A stretch of DNA of 64,000 bases, taken from positions 4,448,001-4,512,000 of the forward strand of contig OZ250165.1 of assembly GCA_965238005.1 (NCBI GenBank), in the 5' to 3' direction. A program made the translations under genes and the position numbers. A model generated the notes under the pieces. The model worked only from the letters and a program-made list of their open reading frames with translations. It did no database searches and was not told the origin of the DNA. The stretch is from Longimicrobiales bacterium (GTDB taxonomy: Bacteria; Gemmatimonadota; Gemmatimonadetes; Longimicrobiales; Gaopeijiaceae). Shown here piece after piece: positions 28,022 through 38,775 of the stretch (the stretch's first letter is position 1; every line of letters begins with the position of its first letter).

Positions 28022-29227
28022 ATGCTGACCCGTAGAAAACTTCTCCAATACCTGCCCAGCCTGCCCTTCGTCGGCGGAGGCTTGGTCTCGGAGGGCGAAG
28101 CTATCGCTCCCTCCTCCCTCCCCTACAGAGACTACTTCAAAGAACTGGGGCTGCGAACCTACATCAACGCGGCAGGAACCTACACCTCCCTCACCGGCTC
28201 GTTGATGCCCAAAGAGGTCACCGAGGCCATTCAGTATGCCGCCCGCGAATACGTACGCCTCGACGATATCCAGGACAAGGTCGGAGAGCGAATCGCTTCC
28301 ATGCTCCAGTGCGAAGCCGCTGCGGTGACGGCCGGGGCGGCGTCGGCCCTGACCCTGGGCACCGCCGGGATTCTGTGCGGGATGGATGAGGAAAAAGCCG
28401 TTCAGCTTCCGGATCTAACCGGGATGAAAACGGAAGTGATCCTGCAGAAGGCCCATCGCATCGGCTACACCCATGCCGTGCGTAATTGCGGCGTGGAGAT
28501 CATCTATGTGGAGACCCGGAAAGAGTTGGAAGACGCCATCAACGAAAACACCGCCCTGCTGTTGTTTATCAACGCGTACAATTTCGACGGCGAGGTCCGG
28601 GATGAGGAATTTGTGGCCATCGGCAAGGCGCACGGGATTCCCACGTTTAACGATTGCGCCGCCGACGTACCCCCGGTCGAGAACCTGTGGAAGCATACGC
28701 AGATGGGCTTCGACCTGGTGACGTTTTCCGGCGGCAAAGGACTGCGAGGACCGCAGAGCGCCGGGCTGCTGTTGGGTCGTAAAGACTTGATTGCGGCGGC
28801 CCGTCTTCATGCGGCGCCCCGAGGCAATACCATTGGCCGGGGGATGAAGGTCAATAAAGAAGAAGTGCTGGGCATGCTGGTGGCGTTGGAACTCTACCTG
28901 GAAAAAGATCACGAAAAAGAATGGAAACTCTGGGAAGCGCAGATTCAACTCATAAGTGATCAGGCCCGCGCCGTAGCGGGCGTGGAGACCGAAATCCACG
29001 TGCCGGAGGTGGCCAACCACGTCCCCTCGCTACGCATTCGCTGGGATCATGATCAAGTGAAAATCACGCCCGATGAAGTACGGGAAACTTTGCGAAACGG
29101 ACACCCTTCCATCGAAACGGTCGGCGGGGCCGAATCGGTAGGCATCACGACCTGGATGATGCGCCCCGCCGAAGAACGGGTGGTGGCCCGACGCCTGCAT
29201 GACATCCTCAGACAAGCGGCGAGGTAG
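28022..29227 (+). CDS. SelA-like / DgaE-like PLP-dependent enzyme with Tat signal
   Basis: TRRKLL signal; INAAGTYTSLTGS, DCAAD, FSGGKGLRGPQSAG (PLP Lys) and GRGMKVNKEE. Confidence 0.85.
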   Translation: MLTRRKLLQYLPSLPFVGGGLVSEGEAIAPSSLPYRDYFKELGLRTYINAAGTYTSLTGSLMPKEVTEAIQYAAREYVRLDDIQDKVGERIASMLQCEAAAVTAGAASALTLGTAGILCGMDEEKAVQLPDLTGMKTEVILQKAHRIGYTHAVRNCGVEIIYVETRKELEDAINENTALLLFINAYNFDGEVRDEEFVAIGKAHGIPTFNDCAADVPPVENLWKHTQMGFDLVTFSGGKGLRGPQSAGLLLGRKDLIAAARLHAAPRGNTIGRGMKVNKEEVLGMLVALELYLEKDHEKEWKLWEAQIQLISDQARAVAGVETEIHVPEVANHVPSLRIRWDHDQVKITPDEVRETLRNGHPSIETVGGAESVGITTWMMRPAEERVVARRLHDILRQAAR

Positions 29228-29339
29228 TGTTTTAACGAATCGTAGAGACGGTAAGGTTTGCGGGGGCAGGTTCCGGAACGCGTTGGGCGGTCCCTCGGCC
29301 ATTTCCCGGGACAGGTCTATTGAGGGGGCGCTGGCGGGC

Positions 29340-30569
29340 GTGACCCTCTCGCTGATTCTCATCTCACTCAGCCTGGCCTCGCCCGTCCACGCACAATCCC
29401 TGGATCTGTTGATCAAGGGCGGGCACGTCATCGATTCGAAGAACGGCATAAGCGGGGTGATGGACGTAGGGATTGCCGACGGTAGAATCGCAGAGGTGGC
29501 TCGCAACATCGCGGAGGACCGCGCCGCAACGGTCGTCGATGCCTCGGGCCTTTACGTAACCCCTGGCCTGATCGACCCGCATGCCCATGTCTTTTCGGGC
29601 ACGGAGTCCGACGGCGGGCTGAGCAATGGCCGTGAGAGCCTTCCGCCCGATGGCTTCGTCTTCCGCTCGGGTGTGACCACGGTGGTCGACGTGGGAGGAT
29701 CCGGTTGGCGGAATTTCGCGCAGTTCAAAGCGCAAACCATCGATTATGCTAAAACGCGGGTCCTGGCGTTTCTCAACATCGTCGGTTCCGGGATGAAGGG
29801 CGGGCACATCGAGCAGAATAACAACGACATGGACCCGAAGATGACCGCGTTGGTGGCCAAGCAGTACCCGGGCCTCATTGTCGGGGTTAAGCTCGCCCAT
29901 TACGAGGGACGGGAGTGGGAGCCGACGGATCGGGCCGTCGAAGCAGGACGTCTGGCCGATCTGCCCGTGATGATTGACTTCGGCCGCGCTGAACCCGTAC
30001 TCCCGTTGGATGAACTGCTGTTCCAGCATCTGCGGCCAGGCGACATCTTCACGCACACGTACGGCAACGTGGGGCGTCGGATGGCTATCGTGGACGAAGC
30101 AGGGCATGTACGTCCCTTCCTCTTCGAGGCCCAGGAGCGGGGTATCATCTTCGACGTCGGCCACGGTGGCGGCAGTTTCGCCTTCAGCCAGGCCGTGCCG
30201 GCTACCGAGCAGGGCTTCTGGCCTAACTCGATCAGCACCGACCTGCACACCGGCAGCATGAACGGCGGGATGAAGACCCTGGCGAACGTGATGTCGAAAT
30301 TTCTCAATCTGGGCATGTCCATCGAGGACGTGATCCGGAGCACGACCTGGACCCCGGCGCAGTACCTCCATCGGCCCGACCTCGGCAACCTGGACGTGGG
30401 CGTCGTGGCAGATGTCGCTGTCTTCAACCTCCGTACTGGCGACTTCGGATTTTTGGACGCCCGGGACCTCCGAATGCCCGGTACGCAAAAGCTGGAAGCG
30501 GAGCTGACGATTCGGGAGGGGGAGGTGGTGTGGGATCTCAACGGAATTTCCCGGCCGTTGTGGAACTAG
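29340..30569 (+). CDS. Amidohydrolase/deacetylase-family metallohydrolase (dihydroorotase-like)
   Basis: PGLIDPHAH, GVTTVVD, GDIFTH, DVGHGGGSF and ISTDLH; signal peptide. Start uncertain (ORF open from 29199). Confidence 0.85.
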   Translation: MTLSLILISLSLASPVHAQSLDLLIKGGHVIDSKNGISGVMDVGIADGRIAEVARNIAEDRAATVVDASGLYVTPGLIDPHAHVFSGTESDGGLSNGRESLPPDGFVFRSGVTTVVDVGGSGWRNFAQFKAQTIDYAKTRVLAFLNIVGSGMKGGHIEQNNNDMDPKMTALVAKQYPGLIVGVKLAHYEGREWEPTDRAVEAGRLADLPVMIDFGRAEPVLPLDELLFQHLRPGDIFTHTYGNVGRRMAIVDEAGHVRPFLFEAQERGIIFDVGHGGGSFAFSQAVPATEQGFWPNSISTDLHTGSMNGGMKTLANVMSKFLNLGMSIEDVIRSTTWTPAQYLHRPDLGNLDVGVVADVAVFNLRTGDFGFLDARDLRMPGTQKLEAELTIREGEVVWDLNGISRPLWN

Positions 30570-30647
30570 GACGCTGCTTATTGACCTCAGGGGGCGTCGG
30601 ACCTTGAGGTCGGGTTCGCGGGATACACCTTAAACACCATCGAATCC

Positions 30648-31376
30648 ATGAAACGTAGAGACGTCGTGAAAGGTCTGGCTGTGCTCCCCTTTACCGGGGG
30701 CCTGATGGCCTCGGACTCGGTTCGAGCGACTGCGGCCGGAACACATCCCCTGCAGTCGAGTGATGATTAGTTCACCCCACCATGGCCCGGGCCGAGACAA
30801 CAAGGTGGGAAAGGAAGAGATGCTGGGAATGGTTGCCGCGGTTGAGGCGTGGACAACCAGGGATCACGAGGGGGAATGGAACACCTGGCTGACGTGGTTG
30901 GACAATATTTCCAACCGAGTACTTAGGGTTCAAGGAGTTACGACAAGCATTCAACAGCCCGAAGGCCTCAATAATCGAGCTCCCAGGCTGATCATTTCCT
31001 GGGATCCCGACAGATTGAATATTACAGGTGATGAACTGGCCGAAGAAGTGGCCCGAAAGAAGCCGAGGCTGGCGATCGGCAGTGGCCAAGATGATGGCAT
31101 GACCTCGGTCAACATCACACCGAGTCAGATGCAGCTTTTCCGTGCGTGACATGGTGGGCACGATCGAGGGGGATCAGGTGAAGCTCCGTAGCATGGATCG
31201 TCAGGTTGCCGATCGCATTTACGTTCATATTCCACGGTACTCTCAAGGGCGACACCATCTCCGGATCGATCTTCTTGGGAGAGTACATGAATGCCGAATT
31301 CGAGGCTATCCGAAACAGTTATCCCGAGTCTAGGCAGAGGATCTCCGTTCCGGGAGGGCCACCACTGGCCACGTGA
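30648..31376 (+). pseudogene. Second SelA-like PLP enzyme, internally deleted and frameshifted
   Basis: Tat start MKRRDVVKG jumps to GRDNKVGKEE, so the PLP-Lys region is missing; the C-terminal part is broken across frames. Confidence 0.7.
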
Positions 31377-33181
31377 TGGTCGGCTCTTTCTCAGAATCAG
31401 GTACTCCACGAGTTGTTTGTGAGCCTCCTACGGCTTTTCCGATCTTGATCAAATCGTTCGCACGGCACGGGCTTCTCCTTCTTGCCCTGGTTGGGCTCTC
31501 CCAATGTCAGCGGAGCACGATGCTGCCTCCCGGGGATCCCGACAATGGAGGGCTTTACCTTCCCGAAGGGTTTGAAGCGGTAGTAGTCCTGGATAGCCTG
31601 AAGGGGAGGGCTCGACACTTGGCCGTCAATGAAAACGGAGATGTTTATGTCAAGCTGGCGATGGATGATGGGGGTAGGGGGAATGCCGCGTTGAGGGATA
31701 CGGACAACGACGGGCATGCGGATATCGTTGAGATATTCGGAGAATACAAGAGCTATCGCAGGTATGGGACGGCCATGCGGATTCACGATGATCATCTCTA
31801 CTTCTCTTCCGAATTGGTGGTCTATCGTCAGAGACTAACTCCGGGCAAGCTGGTGCCTGAGAGTGACCTGGAGGAGGTCGTGGTCGACGATCATGAACAC
31901 GGCCCGCACGAACACATTGGCAAACCTGTAGCGTTTGATGAACAAGGGAACCTGTATGTGCCATTTGGCGCTCCATCCAACGCGTGTCAGGATCCGAAAA
32001 GAACGCGTGGTGCTCCGGGAATCGATCCCTGCCCTGAGCTCGAAGCGCATGGTGGGGTCTGGAGGTTCGATGCCAACAAGACTGGACAGACTCAGCAAGA
32101 TGGTTACCGATACGCCAGTGGCATCCGTAGCGTAGTGGGTATGGCTTGGAATCCAGTCGACGACGACTTGTACCTGGTAATGCACGGCCGGGACGATTTG
32201 CTGAGGTTGTTTCCCCGATTTTTTTCGCCGTTACAGAGTGCCGAATTACCTTCTGAGGAGTTCCTACGAGTCAGGGACGGTTCGAATTTCGGATGGCCCT
32301 ATTGTTACTACGATCAGATTCAGGGAAGGAAGGTCCTGGCACCGGAATACGGTGGAGATGGCGATGAGATAGGCCGATGCGAGCAGTTCGATGCACCGGA
32401 GATCGGCTTCCCCGGACATTGGGCCCCCAATGACGTGGTGTTCTACCAGGGAAGCCAGTTTCCCGAGCGGTACCGAAATGGTGCTTTCATCGCGTTTCAT
32501 GGTTCCACTATCCGTGCGCCATATCCGCAAGCCGGGTACTTCGTTGCCTTTGTCCCCTTTGAAAACGGTCGGGTTACCAGGGAGTGGGAAGTTTTTGCCG
32601 ATGGATTTGCCGGAGCGGATCCAATTGTGAGCGTCAGTGATGCGACGTATCGGCCGACCGGTATAGCGGTGGGTCCTGATGGGTCGTTGTATATCAGTGA
32701 TACGGAAAAGGGCAAGATCTGGAGAATCATGTTCAAGGGAAACCGGAGCGAGTTCGGGGACCAGCAACTGGCTGCGATGGGAGACAGGAAGTCCGAATCC
32801 AATTTGAGAAGACCCCATCTTATTGACGACAATCTTCAAGGCGATGCGGAGTTTGCCGGGCAAACCACTTATTGGACCTACTGCAGCACCTGTCACCAGG
32901 AGGATGGACGGGGTGCCTCCGGACGGTTTCCACCCCTTGCCGGGGCTGATTGGGTAACAGGGGCTAAGAACAGATTGATCGGAGTAGTCTTGAACGGCTT
33001 GCAGGGCCCTATTGATGTGGGCGGCGTCCCATATCAGGGCGTCATGCCCCAGCACGGCTTCTTGAGCGATGAGGACATCGCTGAAGTGTTGACCTACATT
33101 CGACAAGACTTTGGGAACGATGCAAGTGAAGTGACTGTGGCCGACGTACAGGCGGTCCGAAACGTTCCGAGTACTCGGTAA
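31373..33181 (+). CDS. PQQ-type sugar/sorbosone dehydrogenase beta-propeller fused to cytochrome c
   Basis: GAPSNAC, YASGIR, NFGWPYCY and RPTGIAVGPDGSLYISD; C-terminal CSTCH heme motif. The real start may be TTG 31445 (lipoprotein). Confidence 0.85.
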   Translation: MMVGSFSESGTPRVVCEPPTAFPILIKSFARHGLLLLALVGLSQCQRSTMLPPGDPDNGGLYLPEGFEAVVVLDSLKGRARHLAVNENGDVYVKLAMDDGGRGNAALRDTDNDGHADIVEIFGEYKSYRRYGTAMRIHDDHLYFSSELVVYRQRLTPGKLVPESDLEEVVVDDHEHGPHEHIGKPVAFDEQGNLYVPFGAPSNACQDPKRTRGAPGIDPCPELEAHGGVWRFDANKTGQTQQDGYRYASGIRSVVGMAWNPVDDDLYLVMHGRDDLLRLFPRFFSPLQSAELPSEEFLRVRDGSNFGWPYCYYDQIQGRKVLAPEYGGDGDEIGRCEQFDAPEIGFPGHWAPNDVVFYQGSQFPERYRNGAFIAFHGSTIRAPYPQAGYFVAFVPFENGRVTREWEVFADGFAGADPIVSVSDATYRPTGIAVGPDGSLYISDTEKGKIWRIMFKGNRSEFGDQQLAAMGDRKSESNLRRPHLIDDNLQGDAEFAGQTTYWTYCSTCHQEDGRGASGRFPPLAGADWVTGAKNRLIGVVLNGLQGPIDVGGVPYQGVMPQHGFLSDEDIAEVLTYIRQDFGNDASEVTVADVQAVRNVPSTR

Positions 33182-33299
33182 GTACGGCCCGACCTTGAAC
33201 ACCCGGCAGGCGTCTGGTCCTCCATTCTCGGGCTGCAGTAAGGCCCCCTGCAACGCACCGGTGTAGCAGAACCCTACCCGGTGCCCTATTTCAAAGACC

Positions 33300-33689
33300 A
33301 TGGACGATTCATCGGTGGAACCACAGATTGCTGCACAGTGCGTTCGAGGGGGCATGGTCGGAATCGGCATGATCTTCGCCGAGACCTATCGGCCCTTCTT
33401 CGAGAACACGAGGCGCGACGGGTTCTACGACCGCCGTTTTGGTCTCTTCGAAGTGGACCTCACGGCCGTTGCCAGCCGCACGGGCCACCGTGCGGAGGTG
33501 TACAAGCGAGCCTCACGTGGCAAAGTGGCCGATTTTCAGAGTTTTGCCGGATCGGATGCGGTCGCCCAACTAGTGGACACCGATCTCGATTTCGTCTGCG
33601 TCCCCGGCCTGGACCTATCCATGGAACAGAGCGTCACTATTCTGAGTCGGGATAATGCGCAACATGGGCACCCGCAGACTTTGCGATGA
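33300..33689 (+). pseudogene. Gfo/Idh/MocA oxidoreductase remnant (internal deletion)
   Basis: Rossmann start GGMVGIGMIF, LTAVASRTG and DLDFVCV, then an abrupt end at 129 aa. Confidence 0.5.
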
Positions 33690-34612
33690 CTGACGAGAGA
33701 TTGGCTCTCGCCCTGATGCTTGGCAGTCTGCTCCTTCACGGAGGGTGTCAACGTCCGGCGCAGGAGACGGGGGAGGCCGACCTGTTCGTGAGCAGGGCCT
33801 TCACAGAGCCTGGCGCCTTCACTTCCGGGATCGAGGGCCCGGCCGTGGACGGGCGGGGCAATATCTACGCCGTCAACTACGAGCGTAAGCACACCATTGG
33901 GATCGTTACGCCCGAAGGGCAGGCGAGCGTCTTCGTTGCGCTTCCCGACAGCAGCACCGGCAATGGCATTCGTTTTACCAGGGACGGCACGATGCTGGTG
34001 GCCGATTACGTTAACCACAACGTGCTCAAGGTCGATATGGCCACACTTGCGGTCAGCGTCTACGCCTACGAGCCGGGCATGAACCAGCCGAATGATCTGG
34101 CAATTGGCGCCAATGACATGGTCTACGCCAGCGATCCGAACTGGAAGGAAGGGACGGGCCAACTCTGGCGGGTGGATCCCGACGGCGCCGCCTCGCTACT
34201 CGAAGCCGGCATGGGAACCACCAATGGTATCGAAGTCAGTCCGGACGAGAAGACACTCTACGTGAACGAATCGGCGCAACTCCGCGTGTGGGCGTATGAT
34301 CTGTCCGAAGCTGGAGAAATCAGCAACAAACGCCTGCTCATCGAATTCCCGGACTACAGCCTGGACGGAATGCGCTGTGACGTCGAGGGCAACATCTACA
34401 TCACCCGCCACGGGAAGGGCACGGTAGTTAAAGTCTCCCCGCAAGGTGAGGTGCTGCTTGAGGTAAACGTGTCAGGACAGAAACCCAGCAACATCGCCTT
34501 CGGTGGTCCGGACGGCCGCACCGCGTACGTGACATTGGCCGATCGCGGCCTCCTGGATGTGTTCCGGGTGGACCACCCCGGGAGAAGCTGGGCGTTGCTT
34601 CAGGCACGGTAG
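33686..34612 (+). CDS. SMP-30/gluconolactonase family lipoprotein
   Basis: IEGPAVD, QPNDL, TNGIEVSPD and DGMRCDVEGN motifs. Confidence 0.88.
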   Translation: MTDERLALALMLGSLLLHGGCQRPAQETGEADLFVSRAFTEPGAFTSGIEGPAVDGRGNIYAVNYERKHTIGIVTPEGQASVFVALPDSSTGNGIRFTRDGTMLVADYVNHNVLKVDMATLAVSVYAYEPGMNQPNDLAIGANDMVYASDPNWKEGTGQLWRVDPDGAASLLEAGMGTTNGIEVSPDEKTLYVNESAQLRVWAYDLSEAGEISNKRLLIEFPDYSLDGMRCDVEGNIYITRHGKGTVVKVSPQGEVLLEVNVSGQKPSNIAFGGPDGRTAYVTLADRGLLDVFRVDHPGRSWALLQAR

Positions 34613-34713
34613 CTCTCCGCCCGGGTGACGGCATTGGAGGTTGCGACCGACGGAATCTCCTTGCTTTCCGCCGGTCATGTCGGACGCCGGCATGTCGAGT
34701 CTCGGCAATCCCG

Positions 34714-35135
34714 TTAGGGGGCGCCGCCCTCGAATACCAAGTATCCGAATCGGTTCGGCTGATGGAAGTCTAAGAGAGTGGGGGACCAAGCCAGCTCTTC
34801 GACCTGGTAGCCTTCTCCACGGTTGAATCGATAGAAGCCCCCCCGCCACACTTCTCCGGGCGCCGGTGTCGAGACCGCCAGATCCGAGAACGGCACCGTG
34901 ACCTCCACGACCCACTGAACGTCCGAGTCGCTGCCGTCCCCCACCGTCCCCTTCACAACGACGGCGCTGGTCATGCCGGCGGCCGTGTAGCTCCAGTCGC
35001 CTTCGATCCCTGAGGAGATTCCGGAGTCGTCGAGGGTGTTTAAGATAACGGCGTCGAAGACGGCCCCCAGGGGATTCCACTGGAACTCGATATACCGAGT
35101 AGGTCCCTCCACGGCGAGGAAAAACTCAGCGGTGA
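34714..35135 (-). pseudogene. C-terminal fragment of a CBM9-like/DOMON sugar-binding protein
   Basis: YIEFQWNPLG, WVVEVTVPF and WRGGFYR...AWSPT..DFH.P..FG; upstream part unrelated. Confidence 0.55.
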
Positions 35136-35544
35136 GTATGGCTGAAAGGCGTGCGAGCTTGGCGTAGGGTTCACTATCGTCTGTGGGCAACACGATCGGC
35201 CGGCGGCCTCCTGGGAGGTCGATGACCGGAAGCGAGCCAAGCCCCCTGTGCGTCACGCAAATATCCCAAGCCCACACCCAGGTGAAATGGCTCCCCAACC
35301 CGCCATGAACCGGCTGGAACCCGATCCCCTCGGGCAGGAGGTCCGCTGGGGAGTCGGACCGTCCTATGCAAGAGAGCCGATCACCGCATCCAGTCCGCAA
35401 AGATCCCGGTTCGCGCGCTTCGCCCGCGGTCACCGCATTAGCCGCGCCACAGAATCTCAGTGACGTTAGGCATCGCTCAGGCAACCGGATCCAACTGGAC
35501 GAGCAACGTCTTCCGAGGCTGCGGACTGCAGCCACGTTGTGAGA

Positions 35545-36033
35545 TCAGCCCCCGCCTCCGAGCAGCTCCCGTGATTCATCTTCGGTAAGCCCCGCCTCGG
35601 CCACGTTCGCACCTGCGTCCAGCGATTCTCGGTCCTCCGCCATTCTGGCTAGGGCCAGCGAACCAGCAGCGGAGCCCGCACCCGCCAGTGCGAACACGGG
35701 GCCCAACACCAGAATCTCTAGTGTGGTGTCCCCTGCAATGGCCACGGCCAAGACGAAGATCACGGACAGCAGAAGACCCCCAACCGCCCCCCACCCTGCG
35801 AAGCGCGGAAGCGACATCTGATCAAACCTGCGACGGCCCTCGACAACCCCGAGGACCCCAGAGAACGTGGTGCCGGCAAGAAAGCCGAGCAGGCCAAAGA
35901 AGAGGGGAAACGGGACGTCGGCGGCGCCAACACCGACTACCAGCAGGAGGACGATGCCCGCGCCGAACCATGCCATTGCCCAGGTCAGGCCCATCCCGAT
36001 CGCACCGCGGATGCGTCGCACCCACTTCTTCAT
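35545..36033 (-). CDS. Hypothetical 4-TM membrane protein
   Basis: MKKWVRRIRGAIGMGLTWA; GGGGAGG RBS. Confidence 0.7.
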   Translation of the reverse strand: MKKWVRRIRGAIGMGLTWAMAWFGAGIVLLLVVGVGAADVPFPLFFGLLGFLAGTTFSGVLGVVEGRRRFDQMSLPRFAGWGAVGGLLLSVIFVLAVAIAGDTTLEILVLGPVFALAGAGSAAGSLALARMAEDRESLDAGANVAEAGLTEDESRELLGGGG

Positions 36034-36185
36034 TGACACCTCCCCATGCACCTAGACGTTCTACTACCGATGCTGCCGATCAGGTCTGCGTCACGAGAAC
36101 CGACCATTGTAGGCCTCTGGCCCGTGCAGATCGCGGATTCGGCAAGGAACATCAGCGACTTCATAGTACAAGTACTGGCTATCGC

Positions 36186-38474
36186 CTAGTTTTGCCAGCG
36201 CTCGGTCCTGACCTCGGCGAGCACCGATTCGAACGGATTGAACACAATGTCCTCGGGCTCCATTGGCAGCAGGGGCAATTCTGTCACGGTTTCCGGTCCA
36301 GTAACCATGATGTTGACCTGGCTATGCCCCGCGACACCGAAATCCAGGTAAATGGGAACGATCATCTGGAACGTGTCCGGCACCTTCTCCTGACGCACTC
36401 GCACAGTAGCCCGGTACTCGCCGCTGGGGAGCTCCTGGAGGTTATACGAAAAACGGTACTCCGGAATTCCCGTACCGTACACCCACTGGTCCAAGAACCA
36501 GTCCATGGGGATCCCGACATGTTTCTCCACCACGGCCATGAACTGCTCGGTGGTTGCCGTTTGGCCGAAGTAGGTCGTGTAGAACTCCTTGATCATCGCT
36601 TCGAACGCCGCGTCGCTTCCCGTTTCGGGGTCGGTCAGCAGCACTCTCAACATGTGCAGGACCCATGCGCCCTTTTGGTAAACCGTCAGAGCGTAGTCCT
36701 CGGGATCACGTGAGGTCCCCGCGCGGGTGCCCAGGCAGATCGGCGCGGCTTCATCGCGTCGATCCGTGATCTCTTCGCGGGTTTCCTTCAGCCGTCTCAT
36801 GAACATCTCATGCGACCCTCGCACTCGGCCCATGTACCAGAGGCCCGAGAACTCCGCGAATCCTTCGCTGAGCCATTGGTCATGGTAGGTCGCGGGACGC
36901 ACTCCGATCCCCCACCACTGATGCGCCACTTCATGAGCGCGAAACATCTCGTCGTAGCCCCGTTCAGAGGTCCACTGGAACGTAGACCACGAGAGCAACA
37001 CCAATCCGGCGTAGGCTTCACCGTGATCGTACGGGATCTCGCTAGCCGTGAACTCGCTGACGGTCGTCGGGCCATAGACTTGCTCGAAGAACAAGAAGCT
37101 ATTGGCCAGATCCAACGCCACCCGCTCCGTCATGTCCCGCTGTCGTATTAGCAGGACGGCATCCACACGAATCAGCTCACGGTGTGCGGCCTCGTCGACC
37201 TGCACCGTGAGATTGGGAAACCGCGCATCACCCGCTTCACGTTCCGTGAACCGCCCGAGGTTGAACGTCACCTGTCGTACGATGGGCGTCTCCCACGTCG
37301 TCGTCACCATGTCGTCGTCATCCGCCGGTGATTCGCTCACCTTGGACCCAACCGCCGCGACCTTGTAGCGCTCGTGATGGTAGAACGTCATGCGGTAGGT
37401 AGCGGGGCGCCCGTACTCGTATACGGGGAGCCACAGGGTCGTCGATCTCATCTCCACCCACAGATTCCGAAAGCGATCGAACAGGTCACCCTGATAGAAG
37501 AACGTGAGCGACGTGGCATCAGCCGGCGCAGAGCCGAAGTCGACCCACAGATCACTCGACTCTTCCGGTCGGACGAACGTCGCTGCGGTGCCATTGCCCC
37601 ATAGGATCGAATCGACCTCGAGCTCAGAGTAGAGGCGGAACGGAATCCAGTCGAATCCGTCGCGTATCCTCTGGATCGAGAGAGTTGCCCGAGCCGAAAA
37701 ATCGAGGTTGCGCTCCACCGTAGTGGCGATCTCGTAATGCCCAATCCGGATCAGATCCAGTCCTTCCTGGTAGACCGAGCGTCCCGTCTCGTGATCCTGC
37801 TGCCGATAGAACTGTGCGACCGTTTCCCGAGTCTGCTCTCTCCGCGCTCGCTTGGACAGCGATACTTCCTCGGCATCGAAGGGCGTGACGGTGAAGATCA
37901 ACGGGTCGCCCCGCCCCTCCGCGACGTGGGCATAAAAGAATCCGGAGGTATTGTTCAGCATCGGAAGCGCGAGGTCCCGATGCATCCATCCGTCTCCGTC
38001 GGACACATATTTCATGGCTTCTTCCACCTCGCGCCGTGCGTCGTTCGGCGGAGGGCCTGCCTCCCAAGTGACACCGGGAAAGACGGAATCCAAGTCGTCG
38101 GTAAAGAAGAAGACCGCGCGGCGGATGACCTGGTCGATGTCGTCCGACTGGTAGAACCGCCGCAACTGGGCCCGCTCCACTTCGATGGGGGCCTCCATCA
38201 AGAACCGACCCTCGCCGATCCATACCGCGCCGATGGTGCGGCCGTCGACGGGCTGCAGGAGATGCAGGTCTCCACTGTTTAGATGGAACGTCGCGGCGTC
38301 GTGCACGAGCATGAGATCCTGGACCGCTGTTCCGCGGGTTGGGTCGGGCTTCATCTCGCGGAGGGCGTTGTACCACACATCGTACGCCGTCGATTGCTCC
38401 TGGGCGGCCGCAGGCGGTGAAAACGCGACGCTCAGCGAAAAGAACAGCGGCAGACGACCGCCAAGGACTACCAT
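36186..38474 (-). CDS. M1-family aminopeptidase, secreted
   Basis: HEVAHQWW...WLSEGFAEF and YQKGAWVLHML. Confidence 0.9.
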   Translation of the reverse strand: MVVLGGRLPLFFSLSVAFSPPAAAQEQSTAYDVWYNALREMKPDPTRGTAVQDLMLVHDAATFHLNSGDLHLLQPVDGRTIGAVWIGEGRFLMEAPIEVERAQLRRFYQSDDIDQVIRRAVFFFTDDLDSVFPGVTWEAGPPPNDARREVEEAMKYVSDGDGWMHRDLALPMLNNTSGFFYAHVAEGRGDPLIFTVTPFDAEEVSLSKRARREQTRETVAQFYRQQDHETGRSVYQEGLDLIRIGHYEIATTVERNLDFSARATLSIQRIRDGFDWIPFRLYSELEVDSILWGNGTAATFVRPEESSDLWVDFGSAPADATSLTFFYQGDLFDRFRNLWVEMRSTTLWLPVYEYGRPATYRMTFYHHERYKVAAVGSKVSESPADDDDMVTTTWETPIVRQVTFNLGRFTEREAGDARFPNLTVQVDEAAHRELIRVDAVLLIRQRDMTERVALDLANSFLFFEQVYGPTTVSEFTASEIPYDHGEAYAGLVLLSWSTFQWTSERGYDEMFRAHEVAHQWWGIGVRPATYHDQWLSEGFAEFSGLWYMGRVRGSHEMFMRRLKETREEITDRRDEAAPICLGTRAGTSRDPEDYALTVYQKGAWVLHMLRVLLTDPETGSDAAFEAMIKEFYTTYFGQTATTEQFMAVVEKHVGIPMDWFLDQWVYGTGIPEYRFSYNLQELPSGEYRATVRVRQEKVPDTFQMIVPIYLDFGVAGHSQVNIMVTGPETVTELPLLPMEPEDIVFNPFESVLAEVRTERWQN

Positions 38475-38640
38475 AGGGACCTACCCTGCCAGGGAATGCG
38501 TAGACTGCCGGTCCGGTCGGGGCTCGTCAAGCCGGGCAGGCTCCGCCTGCTCGATGCACTTCGGATGGACCTCGGCGATGAGGACCAGAGTGACGACGTT
38601 CAGGGCCGCACGCCACGGACAAGATGTCAGGGAAGACGAG

Positions 38641-38730
38641 CTAGATTGAGGGCCCCGGCCGACGCGCCAGAGCACTGCGAGGATCTCCCACATGGCCACC
38701 TCCCGATACGCCATCTCGCGCACCTCCCTT
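38641..38730 (-). pseudogene. IS21-like istA N-terminal remnant
   Basis: MAYREVAMWEILAVLWRVGRG, then truncated. Confidence 0.45.
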
Positions 38731-38775
38731 GGGTTGGTTAGTCTATCTCAGGCTCACTCGAAGGGAGCGTGAAAC

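Noticed and set aside
28022..29227. True selenocysteine synthase selA
   Set aside because: It has a Tat signal, there is no selB/selC/selD nearby, and the context is catabolic. SelA-like only.
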